Shown one piece after another: positions 24,332 to 36,400 of a stretch of DNA of 64,000 bases; position 1 is the stretch's first letter, and every line of letters begins with the position of its first letter. Under the pieces are notes generated by a model. The model saw only the letters and a list, made by a program, of their open reading frames with translations, was not told the origin of the DNA and ran no database searches. The stretch lies in contig MU008201.1 in assembly GCA_010909165.1 (NCBI GenBank), forward strand, positions 248,001 through 312,000. The letters are read 5' to 3'. Source of the DNA: Anthoceros angustus. Its lineage: Eukaryota; Plantae; Anthocerotophyta. The position numbers were made by a program, and so were the translations under genes.

Positions 24332-25527
24332 CTAGCGACGGCAGACGAGGCCCTTGCCCTCGGTGTTGCAGCTGAGCTGGGGGAGGTTCTGCAGGACCTC
24401 GGAGGAGGAGACGCCGTTGAAACGGCTGACGGAACAGTCCGGCTTCATGAGGGAGGAGGAGGAGAAGGTGACCTCGTTGTGGAGGGTGCGCATGCTCTGC
24501 CCGGGCTTCACGACCTCGGTGTGGGTGAAGTCGGGGCGGTAGGTCTGGCCCAGCACGCCGGCCACGCTCGGAGAGAGGGAGTGGAAGGTGAAGCTCAGCT
24601 CCAGGTGGGCGAAGCAGTTGTCGGCCTGGATGCCGTAGTTGTGCTGGAGGTTCTCCTCCTGGCTCACCGGCACCACTCGGACGTGGAGGCTGAATTGGTT
24701 CTCCACCTCCACGGTGAGGAAGTTGGTGGCCTCGGTCCTGCTGATCTTCACGCCGTCGTAGGGCGTGGTCCAGGCGGCGCCGGCTCCGGGCGGCAGCACC
24801 ACCGGGCTCGCGTCGAAGGCCAGGGTGAAGTGGTCCACAGAGTTGTCGAAGCTCGCAACCTGCGAATGCAATGCATTGCAATGCGAACAGGAAGCTGATC
24901 AGCAATGTGCGGTTCTGCGGCTCGCAAGCAAGGTCCGAAAAAGGGGGAGGAATTTGAGTCCCGGCCTACAATCCAGGGCCGAGGGATCACCTTGTTGGCT
25001 CCAATGTAGAGCTGGTGGGTTCCGAAGAGGATGCCCAGAGATTGCACCCAGGTGAAGTCCCGGCGCATGCCCTCGTTCCTCCTCCCGATGAAGTGGGCAT
25101 TGATGTGGAGGTTGCTATCGGACACCAGGCAGAAATCGGCATCCTTGTGCCCGTGGAAGTAGAAGGCGACCCCGTCCCCGCCCACCATAGCCGGGTCTCC
25201 ACACACGCCTCCGTAGCCATGGCATTCTGTTATCGCCCACAAAGTTTACAAACAACCCAACAATGAGCTCCACATCCAGAATCCACCGCAATGTAATGTA
25301 CAGAAATGCCACTGCGAAGGATCACAATGAGCTACAATGCACTGCGATGGGTTACAGCGCAGTGCAATGCACGCCAATTCACTCAATGCGATGAGCTACA
25401 ACCACAGAGCATCTGACGCATCAGGAAAAGAATGCAGAAATCGCGTACTCTTCCATGCGTCCGCCGGGTGGGCAGCCAGAAGAGCCACGAAGGCCAGGAG
25501 AGCAGCGACGAGGAGGACGGAAGCCAT
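24332..25527 (-). CDS. Root-cap / LEA-related secreted protein, paralog 2; exons 25527-25449, 25226-24991, 24859-24332
   Basis: Same motifs, identical intron positions and an identical 236-nt exon 2 as paralog 1; signal peptide MASVLLVAALLAFVALLAAHPADA. Confidence 0.9.
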
Positions 25528-25645
25528 GGTTCGCAACCTGGGAGGAGGAGGGGCGGGAAGGTGCGGGGAAGCGGGAGCTAGAGGGGAACACCAAGGCCTG
25601 GAAGTCCCGACTGCGTTGGTGCACCAAGACTAGAGAGCCCTCTGG

Positions 25646-25652
25646 TTATATA
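25646..25652 (-). promoter_or_regulatory. Putative TATA box (TATATAA) of root-cap paralog 2
   Basis: TATATAA on the minus strand, ~120 bp upstream of the ATG at 25527, in otherwise GC-rich DNA. Confidence 0.4.
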
Positions 25653-26645
25653 CCATCCCAAAGGGCAGCAGCCACGCAAGGGGCAAACTTGGGTACAGCC
25701 TCCGCAAGACAGGCGCGAGGCTGGGCAGCCAGCTGGAGGCAGATTATGAGGCGGCACGCAGGCAGGCGGGCAGCAGCTGCAAGACCCGGCTGACCTGATA
25801 ACACAGCTCTTCCTTCGAGGACGCCAGGCCGGGTCATTTTCCTGATTCATTTAACACCATGTTTCTCCACGTAATGAAACACGATACGAGAATCGCTTAA
25901 AAAACGGCATCGCATTCGGGCAACGCAGCGTCGCGCGCCTCGCGCTGCGGCGGGTCCGAGTCCGGGGCCCGAATTAACTCCCAATAAGTGTGAACGCGAC
26001 GGTCACACTGCATCCTGTGGCAGCAGGTGGAAACGGATATTTTAAATTGCGTCACGTGATGCCACAGTCGTACAGCAGCAATATGGGGTATATGTGAAAT
26101 TTTTCGTGGCGGTGGAGGAGTCGTGTCGTCTGTGGGTGGGGACTGGGGAAGCACGAAGGGAAGAGACCCGCACCAGCAACCAGCTTTTTCCATGTCATTT
26201 TGTCATACGTCACGTTGTGTCATCTGCCTATTTTGTATGTTGGTGCTCTTTGGGTGGAGGAAGGGCTTTTTCTTTTCCGAGCTGGATTCCAGCGCCTTGT
26301 AGGTTTGAAGCACGGACGCTAGTTTCTAGTGGATCACAGCTGCTCCCAAGGCAATGGATCAATGGCTTGGAAGTTTGAAGGGTTGACATGCATTTCCATC
26401 GGATCACATTCCCACGGACCTCCTTTTCGGAGTTGTGCAATGCCATTGGTGGATGGTTTTATGTTTAGCTTGTTTGGCTGATGCCCCTTTGCAACGGATC
26501 GCACAAAGAGTAAAGGATTTCCCTTCTGATAGGAGAGGAAGGAAACCAAGGACCTTGTCCCCCTTCCTCTCCAAAGGACCTTGTGCCCTAACATTCCTTT
26601 TTAGAAACATTTAGAATATCTTAATTTTCGTCAAATTGTCACCAT

Positions 26646-26718
26646 GGGGATGTAGCTCAGATGGTAGAGCGCTCGCTTAGCATGCGAGAGGTACGGGGAT
26701 CGATACCCCGCATCTCCA
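26646..26718 (+). tRNA. tRNA-Ala (anticodon AGC)
   Basis: GGGGATGTAGCTCAGATGGTAGAGCGCTCGCTTAGCATGCGAGAGGTACGGGGATCGATACCCCGCATCTCCA, the typical plant cytosolic tRNA-Ala; cloverleaf with G3:U70. Confidence 0.97.
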
Positions 26719-28277
26719 CCGCCTGCTGTGGTGTCGCGATTGCCAGTGACCCTCTCCACTTTTGCAATGCAGCGTACAGTACTGTACACGAGGTCAGCTG
26801 GCGGACGTAGGTTGGGTTTGGTGGGGCAACGGGGGAAGGTTCAAGGAGAAGGTGGAAACTCTGACAAATTGGGGATTGTCAGGCCAGCACGGCAGCGGAA
26901 GGAGGAAGGAGCACGCCACTCGTCAATCCAAGTTGCTGCATGCCAGCTACGGACATGTGTGGTGTTGGACTGACCGCGGTCAGGACAGCTTTACTGCGGT
27001 TGGAATGTCAGGACTCCAGGTGCGAAATAGCGGGGGACGGGGCTTGTGACAGCTTCCGGGCTCTGGGCTCCGGAGTCCGGGCCCTGGGTTTGTGGCTTTG
27101 GCTTGCTTCCGTCTGACACCAACTTGGCCGCCTCTGCGTGGGTCTGGAGTTGGGTCCCGCGATTCGATTCCTGGAATCGCGATGCCATCTCATCATCGCC
27201 AGGGCGACGCCTTGCCAGTGCGCCGACCCGCCGTGCGCTGGAACTGGTGAGGGTAGGAAGCTTCCCATGCCTTGTCGGGCTCGACTGCCCCTCCCCACCC
27301 CACTTCATTATGTGCTTTTTTACCACACTCTCACGACCCGCTTCATGCCCGTAATCATGATCCTTACCGCCCATGCCATGCCGCATGTGGCATGTCATGT
27401 CATGTCGCTGTCCGTGCCCCGACTCGCCTGCCCCGTCGCCAGGTAGATGCCTCTCGGCCTATCCTTTCCTTTCCCATGGCTTGCCTCGCAACACGCGAGC
27501 ATCATCATCCCTGGGGCCCTAGGGGGGTCGGTGCGCAGGCTCGGTACCGGGGTGGCCCCACAGACCGCGTCGGTGTGGGAGGGCCGGTGCCGGGGGGAGG
27601 GGCCTCCAGGAGGCTCGGGACAGGGTCGCACGCACGGGGGGAGGCCAGGGTGTCCCCCGGCGTCGGCATGAAGTGCGGGGGGCGACGGGAAGTGAATCGA
27701 GACGAGTGTGGCGTGTGTCGGTGCAGGTCACGGGATGCCCTCGCGCGCAACGTGCCGCGTTACTCTTGCCGCTTGGTCGTCGCGGGTCGCCTGCCACACA
27801 ATGCCTTCAGCCTGGGCCCGTTCGACTGCTCACGGGGTGGTGGCGAAAGGGAACATCCGGACAGCTGGTGGGGGCCGGGCAAGCCCACACCCGCGAATGA
27901 TGGGGGCCTCCGGTTCCCACCCTCCGTCGGCGGGTAGGTTCGGGGAGGTGGTCCGGCCCGGACCGCGCTCGCAGTGCGGGGCTCGCTGGCGGTGGCGGTG
28001 GCGCTTGCTCCTGCACAGGACTGCGCACAGCGGCAGTGGGGGCAGCGGCAGCGGCAGCGGCAGGCCAAGGACAAGGACTCGCTCACAGGCTTCAGGCCTC
28101 GAGGCAGGCAGTGGCAGAGGAGGCAGTGGCTGCGGGTGTGGCAGAGGGGTGGAGGCACGGAAGGCTGCAGAGGCGAGTAATTCTGCTGGAGTTCCTCTTT
28201 GCGAGATCTGTGCAGAAACGGTGGTTGGAAAGAATGGCAGAAGGAATTGGACCCGTGAGATGAGCTGGAGCGTGTGA

Positions 28278-28320
28278 GAGGAGGAGGAGGAGGAGGAGGA
28301 GGAGGAGGAGGAGGAGGAGG
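28278..28320 (+). repeat. (GAG)n microsatellite upstream of the DUF688 gene
   Basis: About 14 GAG units seen directly. Confidence 0.9.
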
Positions 28321-28404
28321 AAGGGGAGAAAGCGGAGGAAGCGGAGGAAGAGGAGGAAGAAGGGGGAAGACGAAACCAGGGAGCAAGAAAGATTGATTCG
28401 ATTG

Positions 28405-31074
28405 ATGGAGAGATCCGCGGTTGGAGTTTTGGTGCTTCAAGCGCCGCAGCAGCAGCTGGACTACAATGCACCGCTGATTTCGGTGCGGCGGCACTATGGA
28501 TTGAAGCTTGATTTGGAGTCGGGATCGATTGCGTCTTCTGCCAGGAGCTCCAGTGCGGCTGGCTTGGAATTCGCGCCGGCGAGTGTTGATTTTGAGGATA
28601 CGGATTCCGTGAGGAGTCCTGGTGCGGTGCCTTTCTTCTGGGAGCGGGCTCCCGGGGTGTCCAAGGCCAAGCAGGCCGAGTCTTCTCCGTCAATTCGACA
28701 TCTTCCACCACCGCCTTCTCCTGTTGTTGCTGGAGGAGGGAAGGGGGGAGGTAGAGGAGGCAGAGGAGGAGGAGGAGGAGGAGGAGTTGCAGCTGTTGTT
28801 GCTCCGCTTGCTAAGGCGGCAGCTCCCGTTCTTGCTGATGCGCGTGATGATGTGGAGCAGGAAGAGGGGAGGGAGGAGGAGGAGGAGGTAGAGGAGAGGA
28901 GCCGTGTGAATGCTGTCGAAGAGGAGATAAAAGTCAAGGCACGAGATCCCGCGCCGGCTTTTGCCGCTGGCGAGGGAGGCAGAGTGAAGAATGCTGCGCA
29001 TAGGAGTGCTAGCCGAGGAAAAATGGCGGTGAATCGGGGAACCGGGCAGGATGTGGCCAGCTTACGGGCGTTCGAGGAGAGAGTGACCAAGAGGTCGTTC
29101 TTCGGGGAGATTGCGCTGAGCGCCATCAGCGAGCCGTCGGATCGGGCTGGCTCCCCTGCTCGCGATCGGGCAGCGGAGAGGAGAGCACATTTGTGCAAGC
29201 AGTCCTTCAGTAGCAACATTTTCTCCTCCGATTCTTCCATCAATTCTTCCCCGCGGGCTGCCAATGCGGGGGTGGCCGTTGCGGCCAGGGTGCGGCTTGC
29301 GGGAGGCCCTGCGGTCTCGCCTTGGGAGGATAACGATGTTTTCTCGGATGCGGCGGAGACCTTTGCTCAGACCAGCTATCCTGTGAGCGTCATGAGCGGG
29401 GTCACAGAAGGCGGGCGGCCTTCTGTGACTGAAACGGATCCATCGAGCCGGGACTTCATTTTGCAGAGATTCCTGCCGGCCGCCAAGGCCATGACAAGCG
29501 AGACCAAGGAGCATGGAGAGAGAAGTGCGGCTCAGGAGTCCGATTCTGCTGATCGGCGCCCGCTTGGTCTTCATTCTCGGCGGCCGGGCGCTCTCTCTGC
29601 CGCGCGCCCTGTTTCTAGATTTGTTGCTGTGAGGAAGCTGGAGGTGGAGGAGGAGGAGGACGATGAAGAGCCTGACCACGTGTCCAACTTGGCTGTGAAG
29701 ATAGGTTGTGGAATCCTTCCGCGTGGGGTGGCGAGAGTGTTTGGGCAGTCTAATCCGTGCTTTCAATTCAAACCGAAGATCCGGGGTCAGCAGACGCGGT
29801 CTCCCGTGGTTTCCAGTCCCCGTGGAGTGTACCAGTACGAGCAGGATGCTCAATTTGAGGACGTCCGGAGCGAGTTCTGGTCTGGAGATGATGAATCGGT
29901 TGATCGGAGGTTGATGGAGGTGGTGGAGACGCAAGACCAGTTCAAGATGGTGGGCAAGAGCCCGCACACTAGTGCACCTCGCTTCATTTCCAACGTGCAA
30001 GAGAAGTTCATCCAGGCAGACGCAAGCTTGACAAGGAGCGCGCCCTCGCATTTCGTGACCAGCCATGTCTTTGAGGAGGGCCCGGAGGTGGCGGATGAGG
30101 TTCTTGGAGGCAAGAGGTCTGGTAGTGCTGACTTCGATGACATCAGTCCAGATCGGCATGTGGGGATCCCGGAGGCTTTGTTTGTGGGCAAGGCTGGTAC
30201 TCCGACTCACCGCATTGGCAGCCCAAGCTTGTCATCTCCGCTACACGACGGCAAAGGGTTCTTAGGGGTGCCAACCAACAGCAGGACCTCCGACCCCGAC
30301 CCCGACCTTGTCCCTATCAGATCTGGGCGACGAAAATTTACGGGCCAGCAGGAAGGCTCATCCAGCTCGGAGATTGTCCCTGATGGCTTGCAAGGAAGAG
30401 CCAAGCTAGAGGATTTCCTGGCAGTTGAGAGGTGGAACAAGCCAGAACCTAGGAACGTCAACATATGGCCCGGTGTCCCTCGGGTGGCTACTCCTCCCAG
30501 AACAAGCAGCGCATCCAGCCCTCCAAGACACAGCAACGCGGAGTCCAAGCACGGCGATGGAGTACCATCTTTGTTGCTCGACCGCTCGGAGGGTGCTGAA
30601 TCCAACAGAAGCAGCGACAATAGTTCCATCTGCGACTCCGACGCCCAGTCCATCTTCGACACGAAGCTGGTGCAGCGGGAAAGCACATCCTCACAAACCA
30701 GCAGTGGGCGCAGCGTATCCACGGATCTCGACGAGTCTGCTTCTGTTGTGTCGGCCGGCAAAGGTTGGCCCCTCGGCACCCGCCAACGCAAAGAGAAAGG
30801 ATCTCCCAAAAGCGTTCTCCACATGGTACCCCCTCTGCCGCCATCTCCAGCAGAATCCTGGCTGTGGGCCAATCTCCCTGTTTCTCCCATGAATGCCCTT
30901 AAGCCTGTTCCACAACTGGTCCTGCCCAAGAAGCAGCACGACAGAGCCGAAGCAGACTTCAGGTGGCAGCTCATGGTGAGATCCGGCAACATCTCCACGT
31001 CGTCAGATCGCTACAGGCGTTCGGAAGAGCTCAGAACTACTGACCTTGCAATGGTGCCTACCACCATGGCTTGA
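28405..31074 (+). CDS. DUF688-family plant protein, largely disordered, single exon
   Basis: Motifs LDYNAPLISVRR, PGAVPFFWERAPG, SRDFILQRFLPAAKAM and PPLPPSPAESWL, characteristic of plant DUF688 proteins. First ATG at 28405. Confidence 0.85.
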   Translation: MERSAVGVLVLQAPQQQLDYNAPLISVRRHYGLKLDLESGSIASSARSSSAAGLEFAPASVDFEDTDSVRSPGAVPFFWERAPGVSKAKQAESSPSIRHLPPPPSPVVAGGGKGGGRGGRGGGGGGGVAAVVAPLAKAAAPVLADARDDVEQEEGREEEEEVEERSRVNAVEEEIKVKARDPAPAFAAGEGGRVKNAAHRSASRGKMAVNRGTGQDVASLRAFEERVTKRSFFGEIALSAISEPSDRAGSPARDRAAERRAHLCKQSFSSNIFSSDSSINSSPRAANAGVAVAARVRLAGGPAVSPWEDNDVFSDAAETFAQTSYPVSVMSGVTEGGRPSVTETDPSSRDFILQRFLPAAKAMTSETKEHGERSAAQESDSADRRPLGLHSRRPGALSAARPVSRFVAVRKLEVEEEEDDEEPDHVSNLAVKIGCGILPRGVARVFGQSNPCFQFKPKIRGQQTRSPVVSSPRGVYQYEQDAQFEDVRSEFWSGDDESVDRRLMEVVETQDQFKMVGKSPHTSAPRFISNVQEKFIQADASLTRSAPSHFVTSHVFEEGPEVADEVLGGKRSGSADFDDISPDRHVGIPEALFVGKAGTPTHRIGSPSLSSPLHDGKGFLGVPTNSRTSDPDPDLVPIRSGRRKFTGQQEGSSSSEIVPDGLQGRAKLEDFLAVERWNKPEPRNVNIWPGVPRVATPPRTSSASSPPRHSNAESKHGDGVPSLLLDRSEGAESNRSSDNSSICDSDAQSIFDTKLVQRESTSSQTSSGRSVSTDLDESASVVSAGKGWPLGTRQRKEKGSPKSVLHMVPPLPPSPAESWLWANLPVSPMNALKPVPQLVLPKKQHDRAEADFRWQLMVRSGNISTSSDRYRRSEELRTTDLAMVPTTMA

Positions 31075-31509
31075 AAAGCTTGCCTTTGTGGGGATAGACC
31101 AAGAAGCTGCAACTTTGGTAGTCGGGGCCCTGTTTTACTGCAAGAATAGTATAAGCGGGCCTAGGTCATCCTGGCAATATGGGATGCCAAAGCGTACAGC
31201 TGCCTAGGGAGTATCATGAATCTGTAGTGCATCCAATTATATGTACTTTGTATTACAAATGGTTTGACTAGATATCATGTAAACTCTATCTATAAGATAT
31301 AATTTTAAAATTAGACTGATGAAAGTGTAAAAGTGGTCCCAAGAGTGATCCGATTGGGGATAAATAATCAACCACATCAGTGGTGATCCAACGTGGTCGC
31401 TTACTGTGAACCTTATGGGAGGGGCCGCGTAATGCTTAGATCGTCGGTTTGGTTACTAGGGTTACGTAGTAGGTGTACCTAGCGTTGCATGGCAACACAT
31501 GAACAGCGA

Positions 31510-32625
31510 TCAACGAGATATTTTCAATGCAGTGAGTAAAAGATGCTCGAGTTTCGCATCCCGACACCTACGAGCAAGCTCGTCCATCGCAGTCTCGGGG
31601 AGCTCTTTGATGCCTGAGGGAAACCTGCGCAGTGCGTCGACGTCCTGACCTTGAGTTGGTTCTTCCTGCTCTGTTGCTCGGATTTGCATAAACTGCCATT
31701 TCAACTTCCTAATCCGTCTCACAAACTCCGCAACATCATCTGCCTCACCTTCAAATATGAGAAGTCCAGGAAATCCAGGTTTGCAATAGCCACCTAGGTC
31801 GAGTTTTGCACCCCACTCCTTGATGCACCGCTTCTTCAGAGAAGATTTGATATGGTGGAAATAGATTGACCTGCGCTCCAGCATCGGAGAGGGATGGTAT
31901 GACACAAGCTGCGGTGAAGAGGTTGCAGGATCCTCCGAATTGGAACAAAGTTGTCGCACTCTCTGCAACACTAGCAGCACAGCTTCTTCACCAACCATAT
32001 TATCCGCTGCAGCTTGAGCTTCCGAGTTGATCAGAACACGACGGTTCTTGGAAACACGGGCTTCGCATTCCACTGTCACAGATACCGGTTCCTGGATAGG
32101 GTAAGGCCGGGGGAGGGAGATGAGGATACTCACCCGGCCGCAACTCTCATCTCCCGTGGCGGCCAGGTGCACTGAGAAGCTCAACGTTAGGTCTGGTGGA
32201 GGCTCCGCTTCTTGATTCCACAGGTGTAGCAGCTCCAACGAGAAGCTCTCGTCATCTGTCATCCAAAACTCATCCGGATAGACTGAGCGTACTGCTTCCA
32301 CCTCCCTCAGTTGCCTGGTAAGGCAGTCCCGCAGCAAAGCCACCTGATCCTCACCTTCTTTGCCTCCGTCTTGTTGCAAGCTGCATGACCAAAGATCTTG
32401 CTCCTTGTTCAGATTCTTAGCCCTGCTATTCAAAGCTCGTACTGAAGCTGGTTCTGATAGCTGCCCTGGCGGTCGGCCGACTGGTATGACTGGCTTCCGC
32501 TTTCTCACCAGATTCCAACTTGTTGTATGCAATCTGTGGCACCCAACAATCCTCGGCACCCTGGTTTGTAGGAATCTGCGGGTTAGGCAACGTTGCATCT
32601 GCTGGCCTACTCCAATCACCAGCAT
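31510..32625 (-). CDS. RWD-domain + DUF1115 protein (RWDD2A/B-like), single exon
   Basis: RWD motifs QLREVEAVRSVYPDE and LPRPYP; DUF1115-like SIYFHHIKS..K...LGGYCKPGFPGLLIFEG....EFVRRIRKLKWQ. Confidence 0.85.
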   Translation of the reverse strand: MLVIGVGQQMQRCLTRRFLQTRVPRIVGCHRLHTTSWNLVRKRKPVIPVGRPPGQLSEPASVRALNSRAKNLNKEQDLWSCSLQQDGGKEGEDQVALLRDCLTRQLREVEAVRSVYPDEFWMTDDESFSLELLHLWNQEAEPPPDLTLSFSVHLAATGDESCGRVSILISLPRPYPIQEPVSVTVECEARVSKNRRVLINSEAQAAADNMVGEEAVLLVLQRVRQLCSNSEDPATSSPQLVSYHPSPMLERRSIYFHHIKSSLKKRCIKEWGAKLDLGGYCKPGFPGLLIFEGEADDVAEFVRRIRKLKWQFMQIRATEQEEPTQGQDVDALRRFPSGIKELPETAMDELARRCRDAKLEHLLLTALKISR

Positions 32626-33423
32626 CGTGAGATGATAGTGCTCCTTGCTTGGGTTAGGTTTGAGCAGAGAAAAACGGAGGGAAACCCGATGAAGGCATCG
32701 TTGCGTTACTCACAGTTGCTTACATTTGCAACTCGAGCTTGCCACATGCCCTGCTGGGAATGCCCTACCCTGCTAGGCTCATGTAATTTGCATAGCAAGT
32801 TGCTTCCCCTTCTCGGCAGCAGGAAAAGCTGCTGCCCTCGCTTGTCCTGGCTTGCACATCACCGTAGCAGGCAATATACAGATGGAAGGGCTTCATGTAT
32901 GCCCCATCGTCCGCGGGGAGTATCTTCACATTAGGGCAGCCCGAGACACGCATCCATGCAAGAGGCGCACAGATGTCACTGACCTTGGGTACAGAGATCC
33001 CTCCTACTTCGAATTGCTGCACACGCAATTCCGGACAAGGATATCACCCTCAACCGCACTGGCCAACACATCAAGACCACATTGAAGGCATCTGGCTATG
33101 CAACCACGGTGAACACATCCATCACGTCCTGCAAGTTGCAACCGACCATGAGGAACAAACAAATGTGCTATATGGTTGCAGAAGAACATAACTCCCTCTC
33201 TCCGACATTGGGCAAATATTCCTCAGGTGTCCTTCGCTGTTACTAAGCGATACTCAGAGCCCTCGCCAGAGTTCCAGGCCTGTGGAGCTGGAATGAATTG
33301 CTGATCAGTGGACGTGCTGAGCGGTTGTTGCTGACAGCAGACAGTCCATCAAATCCATTCATTTCCGTTCCAGACAAATGAACAAGATGTCATCGAGGCA
33401 GCCGACAGGTATCAATCACGGAC

Positions 33424-36400
33424 TCATCTTACTGAAATTCTATTTTGGATAAGAACTGTTTCAGCCATGCTACGACTCTTGGAATGATTCGTATCCTGGA
33501 CCAGAAAACTATGCACCAGTCCCTCCATGTCTGTCCACCAGCACTGACCAGGCTGCTTTAGTGCCCTGGTTCTTATTCTCCTTGCCTGCATCTCCTGCGC
33601 CTCCTCCCACATTTGGGCACCAGTGTAAATGTTGGACATCAACAGATATGCTGAGGTATCGTTCTCGTCTAGCTTTACTGCTTGGTCGAAAGCATGGCGT
33701 CCCACCTCCATGTTGCTCCACTTTCGACAAGCACCCAACAAAGTGTGCCAAACTGCAGCATTAGGCAGTACAGGCATTGTCGTCACCAAAGCTACTGCCT
33801 CGTCCAGTAGGCCTGCACGGCTCAAGAGGTCCACCATGCATGTGTAGTGCTCCACTGTGGGACTGATGCTGTGATCTCTGCTCATGGCCTCAAAGTACTC
33901 TCTCCCCTTGTTCACTAGACCCGCATGGCTGCATGCTGTTAGTATACTAAGGAATGTCATGCTGGCTGGCTGTATGCCATCCTCTCTCATTCGCTGAACC
34001 AAGTCAAAGACTGCTTCAGTGTCTCCTTGATAGGTGTAGCCTGCAATCAGCGTACTCCAGGTGACAACGTCTCTTTCTGACAACGCATCAAAGACCTGCT
34101 GCGCCTCCACCATGCTCCCACACTTGCCATACATGTTCATCAAACTGCCAGCTACCAGCACATCAGAGTGGAGCCCTTGTTCTTCAATCTGTGAATGAAG
34201 CTCCCTTCCCACATGTAAAGCTGCCACATTTGCACATGCCTGCAAGAGGCAGACAAATGTCACGGAATCAGGTATCGTAATGCCTTCGTCCTGCATAGTG
34301 CTGTAAACACGAAGGGCTTCCTGACCCTTGCCCTGCTGGGAGTATCCTGCTATCATAGCCGTACAGGTCACAACATCTTTTTGCACAAGACCGTCGAACA
34401 CCCTTCGCGCCTCCTCTAGGCTGCCACACTTTGCATACATGTTTACCAAACTGCTGGCTATAAACACATCAGTTTCATGTCCGTCTTCTCTAATCTGCTG
34501 ATGAAGCTGCCTCCCCATTTCCAAAACTGGACTTCCTACTTTTGCACAGGCCTGCAGGAGGGATGCAGATGTCACAGCATCGGGCACAGCAATACCTTCT
34601 TCCTGCATGGCACTATAAATGCGAAGAGCTTCGTGCCCCATGCCTTGCTGGGAATACCCTGCAATTAGAGCCGTCCATGTCACTACATTCTTTCGTTCAA
34701 GGCCCTCAAACACACTCTGAGCGTCCTCCAAGCTGCCACACTTTGCATACATGTTCACCAAACTGCTGGCTACAAATACATCAGATTCGTGTCCATGTTC
34801 CCTGATTTGCATGTGAAGTTCTTTTCCCTTCTCCAGCGCTGGGGTGCCCAGGCTTGCACACGCTTGCAAAACGCCCACAAACGTCATGGGAGTGGGCACG
34901 TGGATGCCTTCCCTTTGCATAACACTGTAGAGAGAAAGAGCTTCCTGGCCCATGCCCTGCTGGGAAAGCCCTTGTATCATGGCATTCCACGAGACAACAT
35001 CTTTTTCATAAAGTCCGTTGAACACTCTTTCAGCATCTTCCAAGCTGCCACACCTTACATACATGTCTACCAAACTGTTGCCCACCAAGACATCACCATC
35101 ATGTCCTCGTCTACTACTTTCTGTTTGCAGCTCCATCCCCAACCCCAAAGCAGCGGTGCCCACACTTGCACATGCCTGGAAGAGGGAGACAAACATCACA
35201 GAATCAGGCACAGCAATGTTTTCTTCCAGCATAGCCCTGTAGAGACGAAGGGCTTCCTGGAACATGCCCTGGTGGACATACCCTGAGATTATAGCGGTCC
35301 ATGTCACCACAGTTTTTTGACCAAGTCCGTCAAACACTCTTCGAGCATCTTCCAAGCTGCCACACTTTGTATACATGTTCACCAAACTGCTGGCTATAAA
35401 AACATCAGATTGGTGTCCTTGTTCTCGACTCTGTGTATGAAGCTGCTTCCCCATCTCCAACGCTGAGCTGCCCACACTGGCACAGGCCTGCAGGAGGCAG
35501 ACAAATGTAAGAGAATCAGGAACAACAATGCTTTCTTCTTGCAGAGCACTGTAAAGACAAAGAGCTTCCTGGCCCATGTTCTGCTGAGAATAGCCAGTTA
35601 TCATGGCATTCCATGTGACCACATCTTTTTCACCAAGTCCATCAAACACTCTTCGAGCATCCTCCAAGCTGCCACACTTTGCATACATGTTCACCAAACT
35701 GCTCGCTACAAACTTGTCAGCTTCGTATTCTTGTTCTCTGATTTGTGTATGAAGCTGCTTCCCTGTTTCCAACGCCATGGTACCCACAGTTGCGCAGGCC
35801 TGCAGGAGGCAGACCAATGTTACAGTATCAGGTCTGACAATGCCTTCCTCTTGCATAGCAGTGAAAAGATGAAGGGCTTCCCGGCTCATGCCCTGTTGGG
35901 AATAGCCTGCTATCATGGCATTCCATGTCACCACATCTTTTCGACGAAGTCCATCAAATACTCTTTGGGCATCTCCCAAGCTGCAACACTTGGCATACAT
36001 GTTTACCAAACTGTTAGCTACAAATACATCAGCTTCATGTCCACCTTCTCTAATTTGTGTATGAAGCTCCTTCCCCTTCTCTAAAGCTGAGCTGCCCACA
36101 CTTGCACATGCCTGCAGGAGGCACACAAACGTCACGGAATTGGGTAACGCAATGCCTTCTTTTTGCATAGCCCCATAGAGACGAAGGGCTTCCTGGCCCA
36201 TACCCTGCTGCGCATACCCTGCAATTAGAGCAGTCCATGTCACCACATCTTTCTGACCAATACCGTCAAACACTCTTTGAGCATCTTCCAAGCTGCCACA
36301 CTTTGCATACATGTCCACCAAGCTATTGCAGACAAACAAATCATGCTCCAGCCCGCTGGCCAACACATCAGCATGCAGCTCCTGCCCTGTGCTCAAATCT

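Noticed and set aside
26991-28400. Long ORFs upstream of the DUF688 gene
   Set aside because: GC-rich promoter/5' UTR sequence with microsatellites; low-complexity translations without domain motifs.
32765-33423. Cys-rich short ORFs downstream of the PPR as a split DYW domain
   Set aside because: No HSE/HxE, CxxCH or DYW-like motif in the minus-strand frames read.
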